NCBI GenBank assembly: GCA_039801885.1
Contig: JBDRVN010000004.1
Span: forward strand, 1-49,593
Source: a candidate division WOR-3 bacterium
GTDB lineage: Bacteria > Hydrothermota > Tepidihabitantia > Tepidihabitantales > DTDR01
DNA: 49,593 nt
Direction of reading: 5' to 3'
Shown here: in pieces, positions 8,557 to 18,087 of the stretch
Layout of the letters: each line of letters opens with the position of its first letter
Position numbering within the stretch: position 1 is the stretch's first letter
Program-made: the position numbers and the translations under genes
Notes under the pieces: model-generated
What the model saw: only the letters and a program-made list of their open reading frames with translations
Told to the model about the DNA's origin: nothing
The model's database searches: none

Positions 8557-9881
8557 CTCCTAATACTCAAAAGAGTGAGTTTTTCAATCTTTTTAAGATA
8601 AAAAATTTTATGATTTTTTCCATTTCTCAATCTTTTTCTCTTTTTGGTGATAAATTAGATTATATGGCAATATTAGCAATGATTAGTTTTTTGGCACAAA
8701 AAAAAAATTTGAATGCCTCCCGAGCAATTTCTTTCCTTTCAATAATTATTACTTTACCCACTATCCTCTTTGGTCCTTTTGCAGGAGTTTTTATTGACCG
8801 ATGGGATAAAAAGAAAATTTTAATCTATTGTGATTTTTTTCGTGCTTTATTAGTTGCCTTTATTCCCTTTTTGATCCTTAATACTTTTAATTTATCTTTT
8901 GTTTATATAATTTGCTTTTTTGTATTTTTATTTGGTTTATTTTTTAACGCTACTCGTTTGTCTATTCTTCCTTATCTGGTAGCTAAAAGAAGACTTTTAG
9001 CAGCTAATTCTTTTAATAACTTATTAGGAAGAATTGCTACTCTTTTAGGTATGTTAGTTGGTGGATTTATCGTGGATTGGCAAATTTGGAAAAGAATTGG
9101 CATACCTTATAGCTGGGCAGCGGGTTTCTATATCGATTCTTTTACTTATTGGGTTTCGGTTTTGGCTTTGCTTTATCTTTTTACCAAAATAAAAATAAGA
9201 AAAATTTATATAGAAAATATGAATTTTCAGAAATCGAAAAATTTCTTTTATTTAATTTTATTTAATTTAAAATTGATGATTAATGATTTTAAAAATACTT
9301 CAAAATTTATTCTTAAAAATCAAAAAGTACAAATAGTAATGATTTCGATTTTTTTATTTGTAATTTTAGGAGCGGGAGCCTTGGTACTTTATGTGCCAAT
9401 TATTCAAGAGCGCGAAGGTCTTAAATTAGGAACTTCCGGTGTTGGGTTTTTAGGCACAATTGGTTCAATAGGTTTGATTTTGAGTTCATTAACCTATGGA
9501 ATTTGGGGACATAAATTTAAAAGAAAATTAGTATTAATTGTAAGTTTTTTTCTTTTCGGAATTTTAACGATGATTTTATCTTTTATTAAAATCGTACCTT
9601 TAGTAATTCTTTTGATTTTTATATGCGGTTTTTTGCTTTCACCAATCTTTGTAATTCAGGATACTATTTTACAAGAAAGCGTACCGGAGGAATTGCGGGG
9701 GAAAATTTTTTCTTTAAAAGAGTGGTTTTTGCATTTATTTTTTGGTATTTTTGCTTTTATTATTGGTCAGCTAACTTACTTTTTCCCAAGAACAAAAATT
9801 CTGTCTTTTATTGGGATTTTTGTTACATTTTCCTCATTGATTATTTTTCTTATTTATCGCCGTCAGGAAGAATTAACTTAA
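8550..9881 (+). CDS. MFS transporter
   Basis: About 12 hydrophobic segments, GVFIDRWDKKK motif A, LQESVPEELRGK; overlaps the GT4 stop. Confidence 0.85.
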   Translation: MVTPNTQKSEFFNLFKIKNFMIFSISQSFSLFGDKLDYMAILAMISFLAQKKNLNASRAISFLSIIITLPTILFGPFAGVFIDRWDKKKILIYCDFFRALLVAFIPFLILNTFNLSFVYIICFFVFLFGLFFNATRLSILPYLVAKRRLLAANSFNNLLGRIATLLGMLVGGFIVDWQIWKRIGIPYSWAAGFYIDSFTYWVSVLALLYLFTKIKIRKIYIENMNFQKSKNFFYLILFNLKLMINDFKNTSKFILKNQKVQIVMISIFLFVILGAGALVLYVPIIQEREGLKLGTSGVGFLGTIGSIGLILSSLTYGIWGHKFKRKLVLIVSFFLFGILTMILSFIKIVPLVILLIFICGFLLSPIFVIQDTILQESVPEELRGKIFSLKEWFLHLFFGIFAFIIGQLTYFFPRTKILSFIGIFVTFSSLIIFLIYRRQEELT

Positions 9882-10473
9882 TTTTAATTTTTTTATCAGA
9901 AGGGAAAAATTTGGTATTAAGAAGATATTTTTGGGAGAAAGATTTATTAATAAATTTTATTTCTTCTTCCAAAAAAGGACATTTTTTACAGTCGGCATAG
10001 CTTTCCTTTAAAATAAGATTATCCCAATAAGGGTCGCCAAGAAAAATCAAATTTAAAAAGTTAACAGGATTCTCTTTTGGGAAAATTAAACTCTCCACCG
10101 GTACTTCTTTTTCATTAACTATTATCAATACAGAAATTTTCCTTGTTAATTTTTTATAAACATATAAACTTTCCCATAAGACCCAATCTAAAAAAGCCAA
10201 AGCATTTTGTAAAGCAGTAAGCGGGATATTACTTAAGATACTTGCCTTTTCGTTTAACCATTCGTAACCTTTTAAATTTATTAAAAATTGGACTTCTCCT
10301 TTATTTTTATTTACTTCTCCAGGAAATATTATTATTTTATTTATACTGTCAACTATTAGATTTTTCTCTTCTAAATGAAAAAACGGCTTTTTACTCTTTT
10401 TAGTAAAAAGAAAAGTCAATAAGAAAAGAAAAACGAAAACTAAAAGAGAAATTATCCGAAAATTGATTTTCAT
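9850..10473 (-). CDS. Hypothetical membrane-anchored protein (possibly YdjY-like)
   Basis: N-terminal TM, IIIFPGEVNK, C-terminal CKKCP; coupled to the upstream sugar transferase. Confidence 0.4.
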   Translation of the reverse strand: MKINFRIISLLVFVFLFLLTFLFTKKSKKPFFHLEEKNLIVDSINKIIIFPGEVNKNKGEVQFLINLKGYEWLNEKASILSNIPLTALQNALAFLDWVLWESLYVYKKLTRKISVLIIVNEKEVPVESLIFPKENPVNFLNLIFLGDPYWDNLILKESYADCKKCPFLEEEIKFINKSFSQKYLLNTKFFPSDKKIKIKLILPDGDK

Positions 10474-11771
10474 TAGTAAGGATTTTCGTATATAAGTATT
10501 GCCTTAAAGGTTAACAACAAAATTGAAAAATCTAACCAGAGGGACCAATTTTTTACATAATATTCGTCAAGCAGCAATCTTTCTTTTAATGTTAAATTAC
10601 CCCTGCCAGAAATTTGCCACAATCCGGTTAACCCTGGTTTTACTTTTGATATAATTGGCAAGTAATTTTCAATTAACTCTTTTTCTTCTAAAAGATAAGG
10701 TCGAGGACCAACCAAAGCCATCTCTCCTTTTAATACATTTATCAATTGAGGTAATTCATCTAAGCTAAACCTTCTTAAAAACTTGCCAAAGGGGGTGACT
10801 AATTGTTCACTTTTGGGAATTTTTAAATTTTTTTGCCATTCGTTAAAATATTCCTCTTTAAAAATTTCTTGATACTTCTGGGCTTCTATTTTCATTGTAC
10901 GAAATTTATAAATAGTAAAAACCTTGCCTTTTAACCCAATTCTTTTTTGTTTATAGAAAATCGGACCCGGCGAAGTTAATTTTATTAAAAAAGAAAATAA
11001 CAAAAATAAAGGTAAAGAAATTATAAAAATAATTAAAGATAAAAAATATTCTAAGGCAGTTTTAAGAAAAAGGTTGAAAGGTTTTAGAAGATTATATTTG
11101 GGCTTCAAGAACAAATAACGACCTATTTTTTCAATTTCAACATTTTGCGTTTGTAAAAGATTTAAATCAGCGACAATAAAAATTTCCGAAAAAGTTGATA
11201 TTAATTTTTCTTTAAAATATTTATCAGTGACAATTAAAATATCGGGCTGTTCTTTATTTCCAACTAATTGATAACCTAAGTATTGTTGACGGACAATTTC
11301 TTCTTTTAACTCATCGATTGATTCTTTTTCGCCGATGATTTTTATTTTTTTAATAAACAAGCCGATTTTTATCAAAACCAATTTAGTTAACCAACGAGCG
11401 AGAGGAAGTAAAATTAAAGAAAAAATAAAAGCTAACAAAATAACAATTCGGGAGAAACTATAAATTTGAGTAAGGTAAGCAACAAAAATAATAATTATTG
11501 TTCCTAACAAAAGTCCTTTCCATAATTTTTGAAGTTCATCGGCAAAACTAAATCTTTTGCTGTACAAATCATTAAAGAAAAATATTAAAAGATAGATAAA
11601 CAAAAAATAAAAACGATAATAAAAAACATTGAAAGACAAGGGAAAAGATAATTGAGTAAAAATCTTAGGAAGAACAACAGCTCTTATTATGTAACTCAAA
11701 AGATAAGAAAAGGATAAACTCAAAAAATCAGAAAGAGAAATAATAATACCTGTAAGCAAATTTTTTTTCAC
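10473..11771 (-). CDS. Polyprenyl-phosphate sugar phosphotransferase (WbaP/WcaJ family)
   Basis: N-terminal TM helices, FTIYKFRTM, RRFSLDELPQLINVLKGEMALVGPRP, KPGLTGLWQISGR; GTG start. Confidence 0.92.
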   Translation of the reverse strand: MKKNLLTGIIISLSDFLSLSFSYLLSYIIRAVVLPKIFTQLSFPLSFNVFYYRFYFLFIYLLIFFFNDLYSKRFSFADELQKLWKGLLLGTIIIIFVAYLTQIYSFSRIVILLAFIFSLILLPLARWLTKLVLIKIGLFIKKIKIIGEKESIDELKEEIVRQQYLGYQLVGNKEQPDILIVTDKYFKEKLISTFSEIFIVADLNLLQTQNVEIEKIGRYLFLKPKYNLLKPFNLFLKTALEYFLSLIIFIISLPLFLLFSFLIKLTSPGPIFYKQKRIGLKGKVFTIYKFRTMKIEAQKYQEIFKEEYFNEWQKNLKIPKSEQLVTPFGKFLRRFSLDELPQLINVLKGEMALVGPRPYLLEEKELIENYLPIISKVKPGLTGLWQISGRGNLTLKERLLLDEYYVKNWSLWLDFSILLLTFKAILIYENPY

Positions 11772-11777
11772 TTATTG

Positions 11778-11806
11778 ATTATAAATAGATTTTTAATTAA
11801 TGTCAA
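11778..11806 (-). promoter_or_regulatory. Leaderless-type promoter for the sugar transferase
   Basis: TTGACA 11806-11801, 17 nt, TATAAT 11783-11778, 6 nt, GTG 11771. Confidence 0.7.
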
Positions 11807-11808
11807 CA

Positions 11809-11836
11809 TTGATTTTTTAAAATTTTTAAATAAAAT
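11809..11836 (+). promoter_or_regulatory. Leaderless-type promoter for the SLBB gene
   Basis: TTGATT 11809-11814, 16 nt, TAAAAT 11831-11836, 6 nt, ATG 11843. Confidence 0.65.
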
Positions 11837-11842
11837 TGTCTA

Positions 11843-13117
11843 ATGGGTTGGTTTATTCTTTGTTTAATTATTAACCAGCAAGTATCTCCTTCTTCTTTTA
11901 TTCCTTCGCAAACTCAAATAGCACCAACTACAAGTATAACCGTAACCTCTTCATTAAGAGGTAATGAACTAATCGGAGTTGAAGCACCAATAATTTCCGA
12001 GGAGTATATTTTAATGCCCGGTGACAATCTATTGATAACAATAAAAGGCAAAGTAAATTATTCTTACACAAGTTGGGTTACTTATGAAGGAAAAATTCAA
12101 ATAATGCTTAAATCTAATCTTTTAGAAAGACTGGAGACCGTTGATGTAATTAGAATTAGTGGGTTGACAATAAAAGAAGCCCAGGACTCTTTAACTAAAA
12201 TATTTTTAAAATATTATAATGATATTTCTGTAAAACTTACTCTTATTGGGCTTCGTTCGGGAGTTGTTTTAGTGATGGGTGAAGTTTATTATCCAGGGAC
12301 TTATTACGCGATGCCAATAGAAAGAGTTTCTCAAATAATTGCTAAAGCTGGTGGGATTACTCCTAATGGTTCAAAAATAGATATAAAACTAATAAGAGAG
12401 AAAGATACTTTAGAAGTGGATATTGAAAAATTTGAAAACGAAGGAGATATCACTGCTAACCCTTTTGTTCAATCGGGAGATAAAATTTATGTTCCGCCAA
12501 TGACTAACAGTATTCAAATCAAAGGAGCAATTTTTGGAAGAGGAGAATATCGTTTACGTACTTCCGTTACCACTGTTGAAAGAGAACGGATAAGTGAAGG
12601 AAGATATGAAATAAGAAATAATGAGAGAATAAAAGAGGTGTTGAAAAGGGCTGGCGGAGTTACTCCCTGGGCTGACTTGGATAATGCTTATATAGAAAGA
12701 AAAATTCCCGGTGCTTCCAAAATTAAAATTTCCCTTAATTTAAGAAAATTGTTATTAGAAAACGACCTTTCTTATAATTTAGAATTAAAAAATGGCGACA
12801 TAATTTATATACCAGAAATTGAAGATAATATTTATGTAAATGGTGAAGTAGTTAATCCTCAGGCAATAAAATTTCAAAATAATTTAACAGTTCCTCAATA
12901 TATTGCGATGGCCGGAGGATATACCAAATATGCAGATGGTAAAAAAGTGTATGTAATAAGAAAAGGTAAAAAAATTAGTCAGATTAAAAATCTTGAACTT
13001 GCCCCCGGAGATATTATTTATGTTCCTCGAATACCAATAAAATTTTGGGAAGATTATTTACAGATTCTTTCTACACTTTTTCCAATTGTTTTAACAATTT
13101 TGTATACTACTAAGTAA
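11843..13117 (+). CDS. SLBB-domain polysaccharide export protein (Wza-like)
   Basis: YILMPGDNL; repeated VxGEVxxPG...IAxAGG SLBB units; LAPGDIIYVP. Confidence 0.8.
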   Translation: MGWFILCLIINQQVSPSSFIPSQTQIAPTTSITVTSSLRGNELIGVEAPIISEEYILMPGDNLLITIKGKVNYSYTSWVTYEGKIQIMLKSNLLERLETVDVIRISGLTIKEAQDSLTKIFLKYYNDISVKLTLIGLRSGVVLVMGEVYYPGTYYAMPIERVSQIIAKAGGITPNGSKIDIKLIREKDTLEVDIEKFENEGDITANPFVQSGDKIYVPPMTNSIQIKGAIFGRGEYRLRTSVTTVERERISEGRYEIRNNERIKEVLKRAGGVTPWADLDNAYIERKIPGASKIKISLNLRKLLLENDLSYNLELKNGDIIYIPEIEDNIYVNGEVVNPQAIKFQNNLTVPQYIAMAGGYTKYADGKKVYVIRKGKKISQIKNLELAPGDIIYVPRIPIKFWEDYLQILSTLFPIVLTILYTTK

Positions 13118-13118
13118 T

Positions 13119-13679
13119 TTATTTCACTCTTTCAATATATCTTTTTGTTTCGGTACTAACTCTTACGATATCATTTATTTTAATAAATTGCGGAACCATG
13201 ATTTCTAATCCATTTTCTAATTTAGCAGTTTTGTAAGCAGCATCAGTTTCACTTTTTACTCCAGAACCAGTTTCTATCACTCTTAGATCAACGGTTTTCG
13301 GCATAATAAAATCAATCGGTTTTCCCTCATAAAATTCTACTTTAATTTTAAATCCCTCTTTTAAGAAAATAGCAAAATCACCGATGATTTTTTTAGATAA
13401 GGGAAATTGTTCGTAAGTTTCTGGATGCATAAAATAGAAATTTTCACCATCATTATAGATATATTCCATTTCAAAGACATCAAGATGGATATTTTGTAAT
13501 TTTTCATCGGGACTGAATCTTTTTTCAGTAAAGGAACCTGTTTGAAGATTTTTTAATTTTAAGTGAACTAGACTACCAAATTTTGCTGTTCCTGCTTTAT
13601 ATTCACCGGTTATAACCTTATAGAATTCTCCTGCTATTTTTAAAACCATCCCCTCTTTTACTTCACTAGCCAGAATCAT
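13119..13679 (-). CDS. efp: Elongation factor P family protein with atypical tip loop
   Basis: YIYNDGENFYFMHPETYEQ, KLENGLEIMVPQFI; loop reads AGTAKFG instead of PGKG; strong SD. Confidence 0.9.
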   Translation of the reverse strand: MILASEVKEGMVLKIAGEFYKVITGEYKAGTAKFGSLVHLKLKNLQTGSFTEKRFSPDEKLQNIHLDVFEMEYIYNDGENFYFMHPETYEQFPLSKKIIGDFAIFLKEGFKIKVEFYEGKPIDFIMPKTVDLRVIETGSGVKSETDAAYKTAKLENGLEIMVPQFIKINDIVRVSTETKRYIERVK

Positions 13680-13731
13680 CTTCTCCTCCTTTTTAACAAT
13701 TGTAAAAATTTACTATTTTATTTCCAAATAA

Positions 13732-14586
13732 TTAATCTTCTAAAATTGCTCTTACAAAATCTTCTGGCGAAAAAGGAAATAAATCATTAATGTCTTCACC
13801 ACAACCAATATAACAAATTGGTAATTTAAGCTCATAAGCAATAGGAATTAAAATACCCCCTTTAGCAGTGCCATCCAGTTTAGTGACAATAATACCGGTA
13901 ACATCAACCTCTTCTTTAAAAATTTTTGCTTGTTCAATACCATTTTGACCAACCGTGGCATCGATTGTTAAAAATATCTCCTCTGGCTTACTGTTCTTTA
14001 TTTTATTTGTCACTCTTACAATTTTTTTAAGTTCTTCTATTAATTCTTTACGAGTATGTAATCTTCCGGCAGTGTCAATCAGAACAATATCTTTTTTTCT
14101 TTTTTGTGCCGATTGGATTGCATCAAAAACCACTGCTGCTGAGTCTTGTCCTTTTTGCGAAAGAACAATTTCTGCCTTTATTTTTTCTGCCCAAATTTTT
14201 AATTGGTCAGTAGCGGCGTCACGATAAGTATCAGCCGAAGCAATAATTACATCATTATTGTTAGTTTTATAATAATAAGCAAGTTTACCAACAGTGGTAG
14301 TTTTACCACTTCCGTTTACACCGACTATTAAAATGACTTTCGGAAAGGAAAAGAACCTTTCCTTATAAGGTATTGATAAAATATTAATTAATTCTTTTTT
14401 TAAAAATTCCTTCTTATTACCTTCCAGTTTTTTGCACTTCTCAATCAATTTTTGAGTTAAATTAGCTCCAATATCAGCAGATAATAATGCTTCTTCTAAT
14501 TCTTCTAAATTATCGGATAAAAATATTTTTCTGAATTTTTCCTTCGTTTTTTTTAAGGTGCTTTTTAATTTTTCAAAGATATTCAT
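13732..14586 (-). CDS. ftsY: SRP receptor FtsY (NG domain only)
   Basis: GVNGSGKTTT, DTYRDAA, DTAGRLH, TKLDGTAKGG. Confidence 0.97.
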   Translation of the reverse strand: MNIFEKLKSTLKKTKEKFRKIFLSDNLEELEEALLSADIGANLTQKLIEKCKKLEGNKKEFLKKELINILSIPYKERFFSFPKVILIVGVNGSGKTTTVGKLAYYYKTNNNDVIIASADTYRDAATDQLKIWAEKIKAEIVLSQKGQDSAAVVFDAIQSAQKRKKDIVLIDTAGRLHTRKELIEELKKIVRVTNKIKNSKPEEIFLTIDATVGQNGIEQAKIFKEEVDVTGIIVTKLDGTAKGGILIPIAYELKLPICYIGCGEDINDLFPFSPEDFVRAILED

Positions 14587-14590
14587 TATT

Positions 14591-17500
14591 TTAATTAATT
14601 TTTATTGTAAATACCTTAGAAACTCCTGGTTGAGGATTAGTTACTCCTAAAAGAACATCAGCATTTTCTAAAGTTAATCGGTTATGAGTAATAATTATTA
14701 TTTGTGTCTCTTGGGCGAGTTCTTTTAGAAATTTAATAAATCTTTTGATATTTATATCATCTAAAGGAGCATCCACTTCGTCTAAAAATAAAAAGGGAGT
14801 CTTTTTTATTCGATAAAAAGAAAAAAGTAAAGAGAGTGCCAATAATGCTTTCTCACCATCAGAAAGATGTTCTAATCGTTTAGGATTTTTCCCTTTTGGT
14901 TTAGCAGTAATGACAATTTGAGATTCAAAGGGATTTTCTGGTTCAGTAAGTATAATATCCGCTTCACCTTCGGTAAAAATTTCTACAAAAGTTTTCTTAA
15001 ATTCTTCTCTTACATTTTGGAAAATATTATGAAAAATTTCTTTTGCTTTTTTTTCTAATTCTTCAACTGATTTTTTCAGATTGTTTATCCCTTGCAAGAT
15101 ATCTTTTTTTTGTCCTAAAAGTTTTAATAATTCATTCTTTTCATAATTATAATCTTCAGCAGCTAAATAATTGACATTTCCTATCTCTATAATTTTTTTT
15201 CTAATAATTTCTATCTCTTTTTCATAGTCAATAGTAGTTAAACAACTAAATTCTTGATAAGAAAATTCTTTTGTAAATTCTTCTCCTAAATTATTCATAT
15301 TTATTTCTAATTCCTTTTCAAGACTGGCTAACTCAATTTGGTTATTAGCGATCTTATCTTTTATCAACAGAATTTCTTTTTGGTATTCGTTGATTTTTTT
15401 GTCTTTTTCTTGGATTTCACCAAGGAAAATATTAATCATTTTTTCAGGTAGCTGCTTTTCGATAATCGCGATTTCCTCTTTTAATTCGGTAATTCTTTTA
15501 AATAATTTGTTTTTCTCTTTTTCGCTTTCTAAAAATTCTTGGTTAGCACTTTCTATTTTTTCGGTTATAGTTGCTAACTCCTTTTTAATTTTTTCTTCTT
15601 CAATTTCTTTTTCATATATTTTCTGTTCTTTTTGATAATAATTTTCTTTTAATCTGAAAAGTTTATTAATAAGAATTTGCATTTCTTCATTTTTTGATTT
15701 AAATTCCTGTCGTTGATTACTTAAATTTTCTTCTTTATTTTTAAGTTGTTCGCGTAGAAAAATTTCTTTCTCTTTCAGTTTATCAATTTTCTCTTCAAGC
15801 TCTTTTCTCTTATTTAAAAAAGAATTTAACTCCTCTATCCTTTCTTCTACTTCCTTTTCTGTTTGGAAAATAATTTCTTGCTTTTTACTATAAATTTCTG
15901 ATAAATTGTTTAAATGATAAATTTCAGCATAAATTTTTAATAATTCCTGAGGGGGAACTTCCCAATCTTTAACTTTTTGTAAATTAACAACTCCTTCCTT
16001 TGATATAATTTCACCTTTTTTAGTAATATAAGTGAATTGGGGATTTTTTAAATAAAAATAATAGGCTTCAGTTAAATTATTTACTAAATAACACTCAGCA
16101 ATTTTTCCCTTAATAAAAGGTGGACAATTTTCCTTAAATTTTATAATATTCTTCAAAGGCAAAGGTTCTTTTTTTTCTAAGTCTATTGGATTTTCGTGAG
16201 TAATATTAAAAGAAGACAGAATAAAACCATCGTTAATATAGTTAAGAAGATTATGAAAATTGTTAGAAAATAAAAAAGATAAATTCCTTATTACATAAAA
16301 GTTTAAATATCTTTTTAAAAGTTGATTGACCAAACTTTCGTAGCCGGGTTCAACCTCTAAAAAATCTTTTACCATTCCTAAAAAATCTTCACCTAATTGA
16401 GTTCTTACCAATTTCAATTTTTCTTCTTTTTCTTTTTTAGTAAAAGAAAGATATTTTTCTTTTAATTGAGCAATAAGTTGCTCTTTTTTTGTTATTTTTT
16501 CTTCTATTTCTCTAAGTTCTTTTTCAATTTCCTCTTTTTTTCTTTTCTTTTCTTTTATCTCCTCTTCAATTTTATTTATTTCGTGATTTATTTTAGTTAA
16601 AAAGCTTTCTTCCTTTTTATTTTCTTCAAAATTGTTTTTCAAAGTTTCCCAAAGATTTTTGATTTCCTTTTCCAACTCAGTAATTATTATTTCCTTCTCG
16701 CTAATTTCTTTTTGCTGTTCTTTAATTTTAGTTTCTAAAGTTTCTTTTTCTAAATTAATTTTAACCAAATCTTCTTTCAATAAGTTAGTTTCTTCGGCTA
16801 ATTTTTGAAGAGAAAAAGCTAAACTTTCTTTTTGTTTTTTCTTCTCGGCAAATTCTTTTAACAAAAAATTATTTTTCTCTTCATAAATAATTTTTTCCCT
16901 TTCTAAAGAATTCATTTCCTTTAATAATCCCTGATAGGTGTGATAAACCATTTCTTGTTTATTTTTAAGTTCTTCTATTTGGTGTTGAGTTTTATTAATT
17001 TCCTCAACCAAAATTGCTATTTCCTTTTCCTTTTCTGATATCTTTTCCGAATATTCCGAAATTTCTTTTTTTAATTTTTCTCTTTTCTCTTCTAAATTCT
17101 TAATTTCTTTAATAAGTAACTTCCTTTGGTACTCTTTCTCCTTTTCTTTTAACTGAAGATATTCGTTATATACTTTCACCTGTCTTTGGAGGTTGCGAAC
17201 AATTCTTTGTTTTTCCCTAATAATTACTTCCAAATTTTCTAATTCTTGATTTAAATTTATTAATTTCCTTTCTATTTCTCTTCGATTTTCAAAATATTCT
17301 TTTAAATTTGCTGCTTCAAAAAATAGCTCCTTAGCTTCTCCTTGAATAATCCTGCGCATCTGGGTAATATCAAATATTGAATAGACATAAGAGCCAACTT
17401 TACTAAACAAATCTTCAATATCTTTCAAACGGCAAGGTTGGCGATTAATGAAATATTCACTTTCTCCCGAACGATAATAACATCTTTTTATTTCAATCTC

Positions 17501-17785
17501 ATTACTATATTCGGGCCAGTTTCCATCATTTTCAATAATTAATTTCACCTCGCAATAATTTAATGGCGGAACTTCTTTGGTTCCGCCAAAAATTAACTCT
17601 TCAATTTTACTGCAACGTAGCAAGGAAAGAGTTTGCTCTCCTAATACCCAACGGAAAGCATCGAAAATATTTGTCTTTCCACAACCATTTGGTCCTAAAA
17701 TTGCCGTTATCCCTTGAGAAAATAAGATACGAGTTTTCTCCGGAAAAGATTTGAAACCGAAGATATCTAATTCTTTAATTCTCAT
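14591..17785 (-). CDS. smc: Chromosome segregation protein SMC
   Basis: FGFKSF, Walker A GPNGCGKTN, coiled coils around a hinge, signature LSDGE, Walker B FLDEVDAPLD; next to ftsY. Confidence 0.93.
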   Translation of the reverse strand: MRIKELDIFGFKSFPEKTRILFSQGITAILGPNGCGKTNIFDAFRWVLGEQTLSLLRCSKIEELIFGGTKEVPPLNYCEVKLIIENDGNWPEYSNEIEIKRCYYRSGESEYFINRQPCRLKDIEDLFSKVGSYVYSIFDITQMRRIIQGEAKELFFEAANLKEYFENRREIERKLINLNQELENLEVIIREKQRIVRNLQRQVKVYNEYLQLKEKEKEYQRKLLIKEIKNLEEKREKLKKEISEYSEKISEKEKEIAILVEEINKTQHQIEELKNKQEMVYHTYQGLLKEMNSLEREKIIYEEKNNFLLKEFAEKKKQKESLAFSLQKLAEETNLLKEDLVKINLEKETLETKIKEQQKEISEKEIIITELEKEIKNLWETLKNNFEENKKEESFLTKINHEINKIEEEIKEKKRKKEEIEKELREIEEKITKKEQLIAQLKEKYLSFTKKEKEEKLKLVRTQLGEDFLGMVKDFLEVEPGYESLVNQLLKRYLNFYVIRNLSFLFSNNFHNLLNYINDGFILSSFNITHENPIDLEKKEPLPLKNIIKFKENCPPFIKGKIAECYLVNNLTEAYYFYLKNPQFTYITKKGEIISKEGVVNLQKVKDWEVPPQELLKIYAEIYHLNNLSEIYSKKQEIIFQTEKEVEERIEELNSFLNKRKELEEKIDKLKEKEIFLREQLKNKEENLSNQRQEFKSKNEEMQILINKLFRLKENYYQKEQKIYEKEIEEEKIKKELATITEKIESANQEFLESEKEKNKLFKRITELKEEIAIIEKQLPEKMINIFLGEIQEKDKKINEYQKEILLIKDKIANNQIELASLEKELEINMNNLGEEFTKEFSYQEFSCLTTIDYEKEIEIIRKKIIEIGNVNYLAAEDYNYEKNELLKLLGQKKDILQGINNLKKSVEELEKKAKEIFHNIFQNVREEFKKTFVEIFTEGEADIILTEPENPFESQIVITAKPKGKNPKRLEHLSDGEKALLALSLLFSFYRIKKTPFLFLDEVDAPLDDINIKRFIKFLKELAQETQIIIITHNRLTLENADVLLGVTNPQPGVSKVFTIKIN

Positions 17786-17794
17786 TTAAAAATA

Positions 17795-17822
17795 ATTATA
17801 AAAAAAATTCCCTGATTGTCAA
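17795..17822 (-). promoter_or_regulatory. smc promoter (near-leaderless)
   Basis: TTGACA 17822-17817, 16 nt, TATAAT 17800-17795, 9 nt, ATG 17785. Confidence 0.7.
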
Positions 17823-17844
17823 AGATTCTATTGATTTAGACAAA

Positions 17845-17872
17845 TTGACATTTTTAGATTTCTGATTATAAT
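17845..17872 (+). promoter_or_regulatory. rpmF-plsX promoter
   Basis: TTGACA 17845-17850, 16 nt, TATAAT 17867-17872; SD AAGGAG before ATG 17896. Confidence 0.75.
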
Positions 17873-17895
17873 AATTTTCTAAAAAAGGAGATAAT

Positions 17896-18087
17896 ATGCC
17901 GGTTCCGAAAAGAAGACATTCTAAATCAAGAGGAAGAAAAAGAAGAACCCATTGGAAATTAAGAATCCCCCAATGGGTAGAATGTCCTCATTGTCACCAA
18001 TTTAAACTACCACACACTGTTTGTCCTCATTGTGGTTTTTATAAAGGAAAAGAAGTGATCGTAGTAAGTAAAAAAGAAAAAGAATGA
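17896..18087 (+). CDS. rpmF: 50S ribosomal protein L32 (zinc-ribbon type)
   Basis: [16 protein letters not shown]...CPHCGFYKG. Confidence 0.97.
   Translation: MPVPKRRHSKSRGRKRRTHWKLRIPQWVECPHCHQFKLPHTVCPHCGFYKGKEVIVVSKKEKE

Noticed and set aside
15200-17300. Periodic A/T-rich low-complexity tract
   Set aside because: Explained by Lys/Glu-rich SMC coiled coils, not a DNA repeat.
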